A DNA stretch of 64,000 nt from positions 42,036,001-42,100,000 of the forward strand of contig OZ024755.1 of assembly GCA_964016885.1 (NCBI GenBank). The letters run 5' to 3'. How positions within the stretch are numbered: position 1 is the first letter of the stretch; the number at the start of each line of letters is the position of its first letter. This document shows positions 47,300 through 62,100 of the stretch, in pieces. A program made the position numbers and the translations under genes. This DNA comes from Eledone cirrhosa (Eukaryota). The notes beneath the pieces are model-generated. The model was given only the letters and a program-made list of their open reading frames with translations, was not told the origin of the DNA and did no database searches.

Positions 47300-48400
47300 T
47301 CAGTGGAAACCGGTGTTAAACAAGGTGACATACCTGCACCCACTCTGTTCTCCAACTACTTTGCCCTGCTGCTGACAAATGCCTTCCAATATTTCGAAAT
47401 CAGAGTATACTTGCGAATTAGAACCTCTAGCAAAGTATTTAATCTTAGATGGTTTAGCACCAAGTCCAAAACTTTTGGCACTCTTGTTAGGGAGCTCCTG
47501 CATGTTGATGATGCAGATTTTGTGGCACACACACTTTAGAGGACATGCAATTGATATTGGACACCTTCTCCAATGCAGGCACTGTCGTTTAGCTAAATAT
47601 CATGTACACTCCACCCGTGGGGAAAGTTTATGTCGAGATGGACATTTACGTGAGAGGGAAAAGACTTGGGGTGGTGGGCAGCTTTGGGTATCTCGGAAGT
47701 ACACTTAGTAGGGATGGTACCTTCGATGCAGAAATAGATCACAGGATTGCGAAAGTGAGTCTTTCTTTCGGGAAGTTTGAGAAGCGAGAAGCACAAAGCT
47801 CTCTGTGTATGAGGCCTGTGTTCTTACAGCCCTGCTATATGAACAACTTACAGGCATCACATGAGATAGTTGAAAAGATTTCATCAGAATTGTATACAAC
47901 GCATCCTGAACACCAAGTAGTCCTCTTACACACCTGATACTGCAGTACTTGAGAAAGCGGCGGGTAATATTGAGAGGAGGGTCGTTATGATGAACCAGAT
48001 GTGTTGGGCTGGTCATGTGGTCAGGATGGTGGATGGAAGGCTGTTTAGAGTTATTTTATGGGGAGCTGACCTGAGGAAAAAGGCCAGTATAAACGAAAGA
48101 AACAGTTTACGGGTGTCATAAAAGACAATCTTAAAGCTCTGAAGATTGATAGGGAGAACTGAGAGAGACTGGTTTAAGGCCGTACATCTGGAGAATGATC
48201 ATCAAATATGGACGTGATGTCTTTGAGAAAAAGCGAGTGGAGCATGTTGTTTGGAAGAGTCCATTTCGTTAAGGGAGACTCAAGTTCAATGCCTGCAAAA
48301 ACTCAAGAGGATGTGAGATGCAATGTATGTGGCCAATTTCTTCTAACACGAGCTGGTTTTGTTAACAATCTGAAGTGACAGGAGTCAGGGAGAAACCCAA
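47300..48400 (+). pseudogene. Heavily decayed RTE/BovB-like RT fragment
   Basis: TGVKQGDIPAPTLF, LLHVDDADFVAH, FGYLGSTLS, WAGHVVRM across several frames. Confidence 0.75.
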
Positions 48401-48512
48401 CTGTGAGATGATTCTAACACCACACATTCCACATGATCGTTCAATGTTTAATGGATGGCGCTCAACCGACATGTAGCAATCAGAATCAATGTATGTATTT
48501 TATAAGCTCTTT

Positions 48513-48549
<37 letters not shown>

Positions 48550-48576
48550 TATGTATTTTATAAGCTCTTTACACAC

Positions 48577-48610
<34 letters not shown>

Positions 48611-48689
48611 ACTAGAAATTAGTTGATATAAAATACTCCTATTCATTGGAATCTTTGAGCATATTCTACAGTGGATATGGCGAAATAAT

Positions 48690-49394
48690 AACAGAACATA
48701 TTGCAAGAAATAATAACAGAACACACTCACTGTTTGCTTGGTTTTCGCTTCTGTATCTTTTATATCTCCATAGTTAATTTGTTTGGCAATCCATGTTTAT
48801 CATTGATTGACCAGCGGTTAAAAATACAGATATAAATATATATATAGTTTTTATATAACAGAAAACAATGTTTTTCAATAACATTTCAGCTAATGCCGTG
48901 GCGGCGATGAATTTGCAAGGTTTATATGAAATAGTGTCGAAACAAATATTGTTATACTTAGAGAGGGTCATATTGTTGTAATATTGCCAGAAATAATTTT
49001 CTACTTTTGGCACAAGGCCAGCAATTACCCAGTGCATTACTGGTACTTTATTTTATCGACCCCGTAAGGATGAAAGGCAAAGTCAACCACGATAATAACA
49101 GAACACACTGTTATAAGATACCGAAGCGAAAACCAACCAAACAGTGAGTCTGTTCTATTATTATTTCTGGCAATATTACAACAATATGACCCTCCCCAAG
49201 TATAACTATATATATATAGAAGTATGTATAATACATATGTATATATATGGATTGGCCAATACAGGCCGAAATCTATCAAAGTGATGATAAAACCAAAAGG
49301 GATATTTAATTTGTTGGTAATTTAACAAATATAAATGTTTATAACTGATTCAAAGCACTCGATAGGTTTATAGTTTCCATTTATTTAATATCAT

Positions 49395-49429
<35 letters not shown>

Positions 49430-49930
49430 ATACTTGGGGAGGATCATATTGTTGTAATAATATTGCCAGAAATAATAACAGAACACACTCACTGTGTTCT
49501 GTTATTAATCTTTTTGAAAGATGGGCGAGAGAGTCAAGAATGGTCCGAGTGAATGGACCTACTCTGAGTATGTGCCTGTAAATTGAAGGTGGAAAACTGG
49601 GAGAGGGCACTTGCCCTGGTGGTCAGGGTCACCGTGGCTTTTTTAATAGGCTTTCTCCACGAATGTCCCTCGGAAGTCTCCCCCCCCCCCCCCCTATTGG
49701 GGAATTTTTAATTGTTCTTTTTTTTTTGTTACATCCTGTTTTTTTACACGCAGAAATGCCCATTTGTACCGTCCTGTATTGTCCTGTACTGTCCTTAATG
49801 TCTACTTTGTGTAAACCCTTGTGGTTAATAAAGAAAGCATTATTTCTGGCAATATTATCACAATATGACCCTCCCCAAGTATAACAATATTTGTTTCGAC
49901 ACTATTTCATATCAAAAACCTCGCAAAACA
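48690..49930. mobile_element. Cluster of family C pseudo-LTR variants interleaved with SINE, family D-like and Tx1 fragments
   Basis: atattgttatactt...gggtcatatt motif near 48950, 49190 (-), 49425 and 49865 (-). Confidence 0.7.
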
Positions 49931-49934
49931 AATA

Positions 49935-49976
<42 letters not shown>

Positions 49977-50122
49977 AAAGAATAGAGGTGTAACACACAA
50001 GTTATTATATATTGGTAAACGGAATAGAAAATGCTGACAAATTGTTCACAGTTGAAAAATGGTTTAATTAGGAATAAAAGAGTATTAGTGATTGTATGGA
50101 TTAGTATTCAGTTGTGGTTTTG

Positions 50123-51188
50123 ATTCACACAAAATGAAAATTCGAACAATTCCAAAATGGAACAAATCCCTCAGAGACAGAAAGTTCTCATTCTGGAAGA
50201 TGATACAAAATCACAATAAAGCAGAGATATATGAAAAATGGCTTAACTCAACCCCTCTAACTCTCCCCCGTAAACTACAAATAAAGTCCATTCCAAATGA
50301 ACCCGAACCTCAAAGACACCTTAGGGAAAGAATGGCATTGGAAAAAATGAAGACAGAAATTGAACTTCTTAAACTGAGGGCCCAGACAAATGAGGAAAAA
50401 ATCAAAACCATCGATGAAGAGATCCTCCTGGAAATCAACAACAAAACTGAAGGCCCCAAGGTAGAGAAGATCTCCAAATTATGGAAAGGGGACTGCAACA
50501 GAGAACTGAAATCCCTTCAACGCTGGGGAAAAAGTGCCGCTTGGTTCCTACACTATGAATCGACTTTTCAAACGGATTACACCTCCAATAACCCGTTCAT
50601 AAAAATAGGAAAACCCATAACTGAACCGCACAACAACTTCTCAAACCCCCAAGCCTCTAACAAACGAAAAAGGAAGCACCACACCGAAGATGAACTTCCC
50701 AACCTCGCTACCATAAGAAGGAACAAAAACCCAAGAAATCATCTCCCCCAGAATGACATTTACAACTTTCCCCCTTCAAGGAGACACCATACCAAATCAC
50801 TCAACTACTACGCGGATGCCTCATCGTCAAACATAGGAAAAGATACCACCGCCATGATAGATGTAACAACTTCCCCGCTTCAAGGGGACAGCAAGGTAAT
50901 TACCATTTTCTCAACTCTCGCTTCCACAATACACAACAAACCCACACCACACGATACAACCAACAACGTAGGCCACTTATAACACCACAATACAACATGG
51001 CACATAGAAACACACACCCATACTCGCAGTACAGGAACACCCCATTCAATCTACAACCACCAACCCGAACCACATTTTACAACAACAAGGAATATAACAA
51101 ACACAGGAGACCACTTAACATCAGCAGACAACCCCTCTACCCCAACCATTTTTTAGACACAGCACACAGATACAGGCAAACAAAATAA
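50123..51188 (+). pseudogene. Upstream ORF1-like region (helical/coiled-coil then N/Q/R-rich), 5'-truncated, at least one frameshift
   Basis: ORFs 50092-50982 and 50997-51188 lie inside the element. Confidence 0.55.
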
Positions 51189-53473
51189 CACAAGACGGGG
51201 AGGAGAAACCGATAGTAATAAAAATTATCAATCTTACTAGTGCAGAACCAACACCCAACCTTATCAACTTACTCTCCAAAGGTCTTAAATTCACACCGAC
51301 CCCACTACGTCCTAACTACTATGAAATGAAGGAAGACATCACAGACTTCTGTAGAAAGTTACGACTTAGTGAACAACTATTCGACCAGTACAATGAGGAT
51401 GAATCATTAGCCAGAAATAGAAGCAATTACACCCCTTCAAAAGGTAGAAATAAAATCCTGGACGAATTCTGTGAACACATCACAAACTTCCCTTACCAAC
51501 ACTTGCACAGACAAAAACACAAGCCAAACCTCAACAAGAAAGAATGGGAAGAATTAAATAGATTAAAAACCGACAGAACCATTACAATTAAAGAGGCTGA
51601 TAAAGGGAGTACAGTAGTCCTAATGGAGACAGAATTCTATATCAACTTAGCGCTCTCCACTTTGGAAAACGAAACATACTACGAAAAGGCTGAACGCTAC
51701 AATCAACAGAAAATTATGAGAAACCTAAAAACTCTAATCAACCAATACAAAGAAGGACTCACTAACAAGGAATTCAGCTTCATCACAGACTTCACAAGTA
51801 AATCCAGCCTTTTCTACGGTATCCCTAAAGTACATAAAAGCGAATCAATAAGTAAGGCATGCAAGGAAGTCACAGACATAGTCATCAATGTCCCCTCACC
51901 CAATGATCTCAAATTAAGACCTATAATAGCAGGCCCCGCTTGCGAAACCACCGTCTTAGCAACTTCATTGATACCCTTCTCAAACCCTTCCTCAAGCACA
52001 TCAAAAGCTATATAAGGGACGACCTAGATATGCTCAATCACCTCCCTAATATGCCACTTTCTGAACAAACCCTGCTAGTGACGTTCGATGTAGTCAACCT
52101 ATACTCCAACATCCCCCACAACCTAGAAATAGAAGCTATCCAATTCTGGCTGGATAATTTCCACAATGAACTCCCACAACGCATCAAAAAAGAATTCGTG
52201 ATAGAGGGACTCAAATTTATCTTGGAGAACAATTACTTCGTTTTCAATAACAAACCCTACAGGCAGAAATCTGGGACCGCTATGGGAACGAAAACAGCCC
52301 CCACTTATGCCAACCTAGTCATGGGATACCTGGAAATCACCCTCTACACTAAAGTCCTAAACAAATTTGGAAACACCCTCCACTTACACATTGAAAGGAA
52401 CTGGACGCGATATCTAGATGACTGCTTCATCCTTTGGCACCAAAACATCGAAAAACTTAAAGAATTTCACACCCTTATAAATGGGCTCAACACAAATATT
52501 AACTTCACGATGGAATACAGCCATCAACAACTCCCCTTCCTCGACATTCTCATTAAGATCCATAACAAAAAAATAGAAACAGACATATACTACAAGCCCA
52601 CAGACTCCAAGCAATATCTCCCCTTCAACTCTTGCCACCCTAGACACGTTAAAATTAATATTCCCTACAACTTAGCCAAGAGAATCTGTACTATAGTCTC
52701 CAATAAAAACATCTGCTACTTACGGCTACAAGAACTAAAGGACACACTCATAGGCAGGGATTACCCTGCATCACTAATTGACAATGGAATACAACGTGCC
52801 CTAAAACTCAGTACCCAGGACCTTAGACACCCTAAAGTAAATCAACCAAAACTAAAAGCTCTTCCATACATCTCCACACACAACCCCCTCAACAATGAGG
52901 CCTTTGACACCATCCTCCAGAACATCCCTGTATTGAAAAAGGACCATAGAATGAAGCAAATTTTACGAACACATGATATCATAAAGAGCAAAAGACAATC
53001 CAAGTCAATGAAAAACATCTTAACACATGCCAAAGTACTGCCAACCACAACAACGAAACCCACAGTAAAAAAAATGCGATAGACCCAACTGTGGCATTTG
53101 CATCAACCTAATAGAGGGGTCGGAATTCTATTTCAAAGATGGACAACGTTTTATAGTAAAACACAATTTCACATGTGCATCGGAAAATCTAATATATGTA
53201 TTAACTTGTTCAGGTTGTCGAGAACAATACATAGGCCAGACCAAAAACAGCCTCCGCCAACGCATGACTGTCCATAGATCCCAAATCAAAATACGGGAAT
53301 ACAGGAAAATACCACTGAGTGAACACATTGATACCTGTGCCGCCCAAAATCATCCCAACTTCAGAATCTTTCCCCTCTACAAATTTAAAGATAATGCCAC
53401 CCACACCCAGCGCATCAGCAAGGAATCTTACTTCATTAACAAATACGGACCCCGTCTAAACACTTCTCCCTAA
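51155..53473 (+). pseudogene. PLE RT/GIY-YIG ORF with frameshifts near 51950 and 53070
   Basis: Motifs LLSKGLKF, ADKG, FYGIPKVHK, FDVVNLY, GTAMG, RYLDD, PFLD, C-RPNCGIC, IYVLTCSGCREQYIGQT. Confidence 0.92.
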
Positions 53474-53811
53474 GACGAACCCACAACATACACACGTCAA
53501 CATACATACCTACATCAGCACACATCTCTACCCACATATAAACACAATGACATGCGTAAACACACATGCTCTATGGTGCAACACAAAAAATATATGTGCA
53601 TATATATATGTATATATGTATATATATATATATATATATAGTGAATATATGTATGTGTATATATATATATAGTGAATATCATTTCACACCTTTTTTTGTT
53701 AAGATTTTTGATGTTCTATTAAGAGAACCGATTTTACTGAAAAAATCGAATAATGTACACCATTTTACCAGGGGGGAAAAAAATACTGGTCCACCCACAC
53801 ACACACACACA

Positions 53812-53913
<102 letters not shown>

Positions 53914-54085
53914 CACACACACATACACACGCGTACATTAACATACAAAGAGACTTATATATACACACACACACACTTCTCCGTATAAGACAAAAGCTGA
54001 AAAATATCTTTTGACATGCTAAAATACCCCCCATTGCTTTCAGACACATTCTTACTGACCATCCCTGCCACCACGAATTACTCTG

Positions 54086-54151
<66 letters not shown>

Positions 54152-54225
54152 TTATCTTAATAGCCATTTGACACACATCGCTGCTAACCATTATCACAAC
54201 ATCAAACACCTTACTACTACTACTA

Positions 54226-54279
<54 letters not shown>

Positions 54280-54586
54280 CTATTTGTTGTGAAAGAGTCA
54301 TTTCTCAATCTTGGCGCAAAACCAATTTTTTATTCACATGACCTCTACCGACCAATCAAAATTGTTTTGACCACAAGAATTTTTGCTGGAGCCACTTTTT
54401 TAACATAAAAACAGTATTGGCGCAAAATCAATTTTTTACATTCACATGACCTCTACCGATCAATCAAAATTGTTTTGACCACAAGAATTTTTGCAAATTG
54501 GAGCCACTTTTTTAACATAAAAACAGGTAGAATTCCCAAAACTAATCAGATCAGAGCAAACAACACGGACACTCTATCTCAAAATT

Positions 54587-54625
54587 ATTTTTGAAAAGCA
54601 TTTAGAAATGCGCAACCGGTAGAAA
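54587..54625 (+). ncRNA. Variant minimal hammerhead (TTGAAAA / GCAA core)
   Basis: ttt TTGAAAA gcatt-taga-aatgc GCAA ccgg TA gaa. Stem III is the palindrome accggt. Confidence 0.55.
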
Positions 54626-54742
54626 CTTAAAAACTTAAAACCGCAACTGAATACTAACCCATACAATTACTAATACTCTTTTATTCCTAATTAAACCATT
54701 TTTCAACTGTGAACAATTTGTCAGCATTTTCTATTCCGTTTA

Positions 54743-54804
<62 letters not shown>

Positions 54805-54808
<4 letters not shown>

Positions 54809-55310
54809 TATATGTTGGTTGTTTACCGACACCTCAGTATGCAGATTGGAGCACTCGACGAAGGAAGTACGCAGGTTGGTTTGGTTACTCCGGAGTAATG
54901 TAAAATAAAATAAATAAGTCAAATATTTAAAATTTGGCTTCGTTTATTAAAGATGTACTGCTATATATATTTCGGTGATAGCCACTTTGGCTGTGACCTC
55001 TTCAGGCAGTCTGAATTAGTGTGGTAGAGAAAGGTACACATGTTGTTGAAGTGTTTTACTCCGATATGTCCAGTTCCTGGTTGGGTTGTTATTTCTCTGA
55101 GGAACTGGAATCATATGATTCCAGTTCCTCAGAGAAATAACAACCAGGAGCTGGACATATCGGAGTAAAACACCTCAACAACATGTGTACCTGTCTCTAC
55201 CATACTAATTCGGACTGCCTGAAGAGGTCACAGCCAAAGATTGCTGTCACCGAAATATATATAGCAGTAATAAACGAAGCCAAATTTTAAATATTTGACT
55301 TATTTATTTT
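54805..55310. mobile_element. Family G fold-back, about 400-bp spacerless palindrome centred at 55114/55115
   Basis: ggaactggaatcat|atgattccagttcc. Arms differ by scattered substitutions and indels. Confidence 0.85.
55214..55268 (+). ncRNA. Type I hammerhead (mirror copy at 54957-55010, minus)
   Basis: actgc CTGAAGA ggt-cacagc...gctgtc-acc GAAA tatata TA gcagt. Confidence 0.82.
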
Positions 55311-55537
55311 ATATATATATGTATATATATATACATATACATGGTGGGGATGTATACATAATTACATACATGTGTTATGTTTTTATCTATTTTAAGTCTT
55401 CAGGTATTGTAAACACGTGAGACGTTTATAACTGATGGGAAATAGGAAACCGCAGTCTCACTACTATATACATTCTGGCTGGAATGGTTGGACGACTGCA
55501 GCTGACAGTCGAGGCTGTGGGTACTGTATACACTCTG

Positions 55538-55818
55538 TGGTAGTAGTAGTGGTGGTGGTGGTAGTGGTGGTGGTGGTGGTGGTAATACTAGTAGTGGTGG
55601 TGGTGGTAGTGGTGGTGGTGGTGGTAGTAGTGGTGGTGGTGGTGGTACTAGTAGTGGTGGTAGTGGTAGTAGTAGTAGTGGTAGTGGTGGTGGTGGTAGT
55701 AGTAGTGGTAGTACTATTGGTGGTGGTAGTGGTAGTAGTAGTGGTGGTAGTACTAGTAGTAGTGGGGGTGGTGGTAGTAGTAGTGGTAGTACTAGTGGTG
55801 GGGGTAGTAGTAGTAGTA
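55538..55818. repeat. (GTG/GTA)n trinucleotide repeat
   Basis: Read directly. Confidence 0.95.
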
Positions 55819-56162
55819 AATAAACAAGTAATGAAAAACTATTACTATTAAATCAGTCACACACGTATACACCAGGTAGGGAGACAGAGGAACCAATCCC
55901 CCACTGTCACTGCCCCGTCCATCCAGTTCTCCACATCTCTCATTATTTTGAGCAAACGGTGTCCAACGCGCTGGCCTCCTCGTAGCCCCGGCGGTAGAAT
56001 AGAGAAGGGGTTTCCCGGAGGATGGGGAGGGAGATGGTAAGAGCCATTCCAACTCGCGAGGCTCACTCCTGCGTCTAGCCAGCTCTCCACCAATGGTGGT
56101 GACTAGCGAATTGACCTTAGGTCGAAACCACACCAGAGGTCTCCACTAAATAATAAACTTAA

Positions 56163-59100
56163 TGACGACGGCAGATGAAACTTATGGTAAGGCAGGGTAG
56201 GTGTAAATGTTTTGACGACAGCAGATGAAACTTATGGTAAGGCGGTGTAGATGTTTTGACGACGGCAGATGAAACTTATGGTAAGGCAGGGTAGGTGTAA
56301 ATGTTTTGACGACGACAGATGAAACTTATGGTAAGGCAGGGTAGGTGTAAATGTTTTGACGACAGCAGATGAAACTTATGGTAAGGCGGTGTAGATGTTT
56401 TGACGACGGCAGATGAAACTTATGGTAAGGCAGGGTAGGTGTAAATGTTTTGACGACAGCAGATGAAACTTATGGTAAGGCGGTGTAGATGTTTTGACGA
56501 CGGCAGATGAAACTTATGGTAAGGCAGGGTAGGTGTAAATATTTTGACGACGACAGATGAAACTTATGGTAAGGCAGGGTAGGTGTAAATGTTTTGACGA
56601 CAGCAGATGAAACTTATGGTAAGGCGGTGTAGATGTTTTGACGACGGCAGATGAAACTTATGGTAAGGCAGGGTAGGTGTAAATGTTTTGACGACAGCAG
56701 ATGAAACTTATGGTAAGGCGGTGTAGATGTTTTGACGACGGCAGATGAAACTTATGGTAAGGCAGGGTAGGTGTAAATGTTTTGACGACGACAGATGAAA
56801 CTTATGGTAAGGCAGGGTAGGTGTAAATGTTTTGACGACAGCAGATGAAACTTATGGTAAGGCGGTGTAGATGTTTTGACGACGGCAGATGAAACTTATG
56901 GTAAGGCAGGGTAGGTGTAAATGTTTTGACGACGACAGATGAAACTTATGGTAAGGCGGTGTAAATGTTTTGACGACGACAGATGAAACTTATGGTAAGG
57001 CAGGGTAGGTGTAAATGTTTTGACGACGGCAGATGAAACTTATGGTAAGGCAGGGTAGGTGTAAATGTTTTGACGACAGCAGATGAAACTTATGGTAAGG
57101 CGGTGTAGATGTTTTGACGACGACAGATGAAACTTATGGTAAGGCAGGGTAGGTGTAAATGTTTTGACGACGACAGATGAAACTTATGGTAAGGCGGTGT
57201 AAATGTTTTGACGACGACAGATAAAACTTATGGTAAGGCAGGGTAGGTGTAAATGTTTTGACGACGGCAGATGAAACTTATGGTAAGGCAGGGTAGGTGT
57301 AAATGTTTTGACGACGGCAGATGAAACTTATGGTAAGGCAGGGTAGGTGTAAATGTTTTGACGACGGCAGATGAAACTTATGGTAAGGCAGGGTAGGTGT
57401 AAATGTTTTGACGACAGCAGATGAAACTTATGGTAAGGCAGGGTAGGTGTAAATGTTTTGACGACAGCAGATGAAACTTATGGTAAGGCAGGGTAGGTGT
57501 AAATGTTTTGACGACAGCAGATGAAACTTATGGTAAGGCAGGGTAGGTGTAAATGTTTTGACGACGTCAGATGAAACTTATGGTAAGGCGGTGTAGATGT
57601 TTTGACGACGGCAGATGAAACTTATGGTAAGGCAGGGTAGGTGTAAATGTTTTGACGACGACAGATGAAACTTATGGTAAGGCAGGGTAGGTGTAAATGT
57701 TTTGACGACGACAGATGAAACTTATGGTAAGGCAGGGTAGGTGTAAATGTTTTGACGACGGCAGATGAAACTTATGGTAAGGCAGGGTAGGTGTAAATGT
57801 TTTGACGACGGCAGATGAAACTTATGGTAAGGCAGGGTAGGTGTAAATGTTTTGACGACGGCAGATGAAACTTATGGTAAGGCAGGGTAGGTGTAAATGT
57901 TTTGACGACGGTAGATGAAACTTATGGTAAGGCAGGGTAGGTGTAAATGTTTTGACGACAGCAGATGAAACTTATGGTAAGGCAGGATAGGTGTAAATGT
58001 TTTGACGACGACAGATGAAACTTATGGTAAGGCAGGGTAGGTGTAAATGTTTTGACGACGACAGATGAAACTTATGGTAAGGCAGGGTAGGTGTAAATGT
58101 TTTGACGACAGCAGATGAAACTTATGGTAAGGCAGGATAGGTGTAAATGTTTTGACGACGGCTGATGAAACTTATGGTAAGGCAGGATAGGTGTAAATAT
58201 TTTGACGACGGCAGATGAAACTTATGGTAAGGCAGGATAGGTGTAAATGTTTTGACGACGGCAGATGAAACTTATGGTAAGGCGGTGTAAATGTTTTGAC
58301 GACGGCAGATGAAACTTATGGTAAGGCGGTGTAAATGTTTTGACGACGGCAGATGAAACTTATGGTAAGGCAGGATAGGTGTAAATGTTTTGACGACGAC
58401 AGATGAAACTTATGGTAAGGCAGGGTAGGTGTAAATGTTTTGACGACAGCAGATGAAACTTATGGTAAGGCAGGGTAGGTGTAAATGTTTTGACGACGAC
58501 AGATGAAACTTATGGTAAGGCGGTGTAAATGTTTTGACGACGGCAGATGAAACTTATGGCAAGGCAGGGTAGGTGTAAATGTTTTGACGACGACAGATGA
58601 AACTTATGGTAAGGCGGTGTAGATGTTTTGACGACGGCAGATGAAACTTATGGTAAGGCAGGGTAGGTGTAAATGTTTTGACGACGGCAGATGAAACTTA
58701 TGGTAAGGCGGTGTAAATGTTTTGCCGACGGCAGGTGGAACTTATGGTAAGGCGGTGTAAATGTGTTGACGACGGTAGATGAAACTTATGGTAAGGCAGG
58801 ATAGGTGTAAATGTTTTGACGACGACAGATAAACGTATGGTAAAGGCGGTGTAAATGTTTTGACGACGGTAGATGAAACATATGGTAAGGCGGTATAAAT
58901 GTTTTGACGACGGTAGATGAAACTTATGGTAAGGCAGGGTAGGTGTAAATGTTTTGACGACGGCATATGAAACTTATGGTAAGGCAGGGTAGGTGTAAAT
59001 GTTTTGACGACGACAGATGAAACTTATGGTAAGGCGGTGTAAATGTTTTGACGACGGCAGATGAAACTTATGGTAAGGCAGGGTAGGTGTAAATGTTTTG

Positions 59101-62100
59101 ACGACGACAGATGAAACTTATGGTAAGGCGGTGTAAATGTTTTGACGACGGTAGATGAAACTTATGGTAAGGCAGGGGAGGTGTAAATGTTTTGACGACG
59201 ACAGATGAAACTTATGGTAAGGCGGTGTAAATGTTTTGACGACGACAGATGAAACTTATGGTAAGGCGGTGTAAATGTTTTGACGGCGGTAGATGAAACT
59301 TATGGTAAGGCGGTGTAAATGTTTTGGCGACGGTAGATGAAATTTATGGTAAGGCAGGGTAGGTGTAAATGTTTTGACGACGGTAGATGAAACTTATGGT
59401 AAGGCAGGGTAGGTGTAAATGTTCTGACGACGGTAGATGAAACTTATGGTAAGGCAGGGTAGGTGTAAATGTTTTGACGACAGCAGATGAAACTTATGGT
59501 AAGGCAGGGTAGGTGTAAATGTTTTGACGACGACAGATGAAACTTATGGTAAGGCAGGGTAGGTGTAAATGTTTTGACGACAGCAGATGAAACTTATGGT
59601 AAGGCGGTGTAAATGTTTTGACGACGGCAGATGAAACTTATGGTAAGGCAGGGGAGGTGTAAATGTTTTGACGACGGCAGATGAAACTTATGGTAAGGCA
59701 GGGTAGGTGTAAATGTTAAGACGACGGCAGATGAAACTTATGGTAAGGCAGGGTAGGTGTAAATGTTTTGACGACGGCAGATGAAACTTATGGTAAGGCA
59801 GGGTAGGTGTAAATGTTTTGACGACGACAGATGAAACTTATGGTAAGGCGGTGTAAATGTTTTGACGACGGCAGATGAAACTTATGGTAAGGCAGGGTAG
59901 GTGTAAATGTTTTGACGACGACAGATGAAACTTATGGTAAGGCGGTGTAAATGTTTTGACGACGGCAGATGAAACTTATGGTAAGGCGGTGTAAATGTTT
60001 TGACGACGGTAGATGAAACTTATGGTAAGGCAGGGGAGGTGTAAATGTTTTGACGACGACAGATGAAACTTATGGTAAGGCGGTGTAAATGTTTTGACGA
60101 CGACAGATGAAACTTATGGTAAGGCGGTGTAAATGTTTTGACGACGGTAGATGAAACTTATGGTAAGGCAGGGTAGGTGTAAATGTTTTGACGACGGCAG
60201 ATGAAACTTATGGTAAGGCGGCGTAAATGTTTTGACGAGCGCAGATGAAACTTATGGTAAGGCAGGGTAGGTGTAAATGTTTTGACGACGGCAGATGAAA
60301 CTTATGGTAAGACGGTGTAAATGTTTTGACGACGGTAGATGAAACTTATGGTAAGGCAGGGTAGGTGTAAATGTTTTGACGATGGCAGATGAAACTTGTG
60401 GTAAGGCAGGGTAGGTGTAAATGTTTTGACGACGACAGATGAAACTTATGGTAAGGCAGGGTATGTGTAAATGTTTTGACGACGGCAGATGAAACTTATG
60501 GTAAGGCAGGGTAGGTGTAAATGTTTTGACGACGACAGATGAAACTTATGGTAAGGCAGGGTATGTGTAAATGTTTTGACGACGGCAGATGAAACTTATG
60601 GTAAGGCAGGGTAGGTGTAAATGTTTTGACGACGGCAGATGAAACTTATGGTAAGGCAGGGTATGTGTAAATGTTTTGACGACGGCAGATGAAACTTATG
60701 GTAAGGCAGGGTAGGTGTAAATGTTTTGACGACGACAGATGAAACTTATGGTAAGGCGGTGTAAATGTTTTGACGACGGCAGATGAAACTTATGGCAAGG
60801 CAGGGTAGGTGTAAATGTTTTGACGACGACAGATGAAACTTATGGTAAGGCGGTGTAGATGTTTTGACGACGGCAGATGAAACTTATGGTAAGGCAGGGT
60901 AGGTGTAAATGTTTTGACGACGGCAGATGAAACTTATGGTAAGGCGGTGTAAATGTTTTGCCGACGGCAGGTGGAACTTATGGTAAGGCGGTGTAAATGT
61001 GTTGACGACGGTAGATGAAACTTATGGTAAGGCAGGATAGGTGTAAATGTTTTGACGACGACAGATAAACGTATGGTAAAGGCGGTGTAAATGTTTTGAC
61101 GACGGTAGATGAAACATATGGTAAGGCGGTATAAATGTTTTGACGACGGTAGATGAAACTTATGGTAAGGCAGGGTAGGTGTAAATGTTTTGACGACGGC
61201 ATATGAAACTTATGGTAAGGCAGGGTAGGTGTAAATGTTTTGACGACGACAGATGAAACTTATGGTAAGGCGGTGTAAATGTTTTGACGACGGCAGATGA
61301 AACTTATGGTAAGGCAGGGTAGGTGTAAATGTTTTGACGACGACAGATGAAACTTATGGTAAGGCGGTGTAAATGTTTTGACGACGGTAGATGAAACTTA
61401 TGGTAAGGTAGGGGAGGTGTAAATGTTTTGACGACGACAGATGAAACTTATGGTAAGGCGGTGTAAATGTTTTGACGACGACAGATGAAACTTATGGTAA
61501 GGCGGTGTAAATGTTTTGACGGCGGTAGATGAAACTTATGGTAAGGCGGTGTAAATGTTTTGGCGACGGTAGATGAAATTTATGGTAAGGCAGGGTAGGT
61601 GTAAATGTTTTGACGACGGTAGATGAAACTTATGGTAAGGCAGGGTAGGTGTAAATGTTCTGACGACGGTAGATGAAACTTATGGTAAGGCAGGGTAGGT
61701 GTAAATGTTTTGACGACAGCAGATGAAACTTATGGTAAGGCAGGGTAGGTGTAAATGTTTTGACGACGACAGATGAAACTTATGGTAAGGCAGGGTAGGT
61801 GTAAATGTTTTGACGACAGCAGATGAAACTTATGGTAAGGCGGTGTAAATGTTTTGACGACGGCAGATGAAACTTATGGTAAGGCAGGGGAGGTGTAAAT
61901 GTTTTGACGACGGCAGATGAAACTTATGGTAAGGCGGGTAGGTGTAAATGTTAAGACGACGGCAGATGAAACTTATGGTAAGGCAGGGTAGGTGTAAATG
62001 TTTTGACGACGGCAGATGAAACTTATGGTAAGGCAGGGTAGGTGTAAATGTTTTGACGACGACAGATGAAACTTATGGTAAGGCGGTGTAAATGTTTTGA

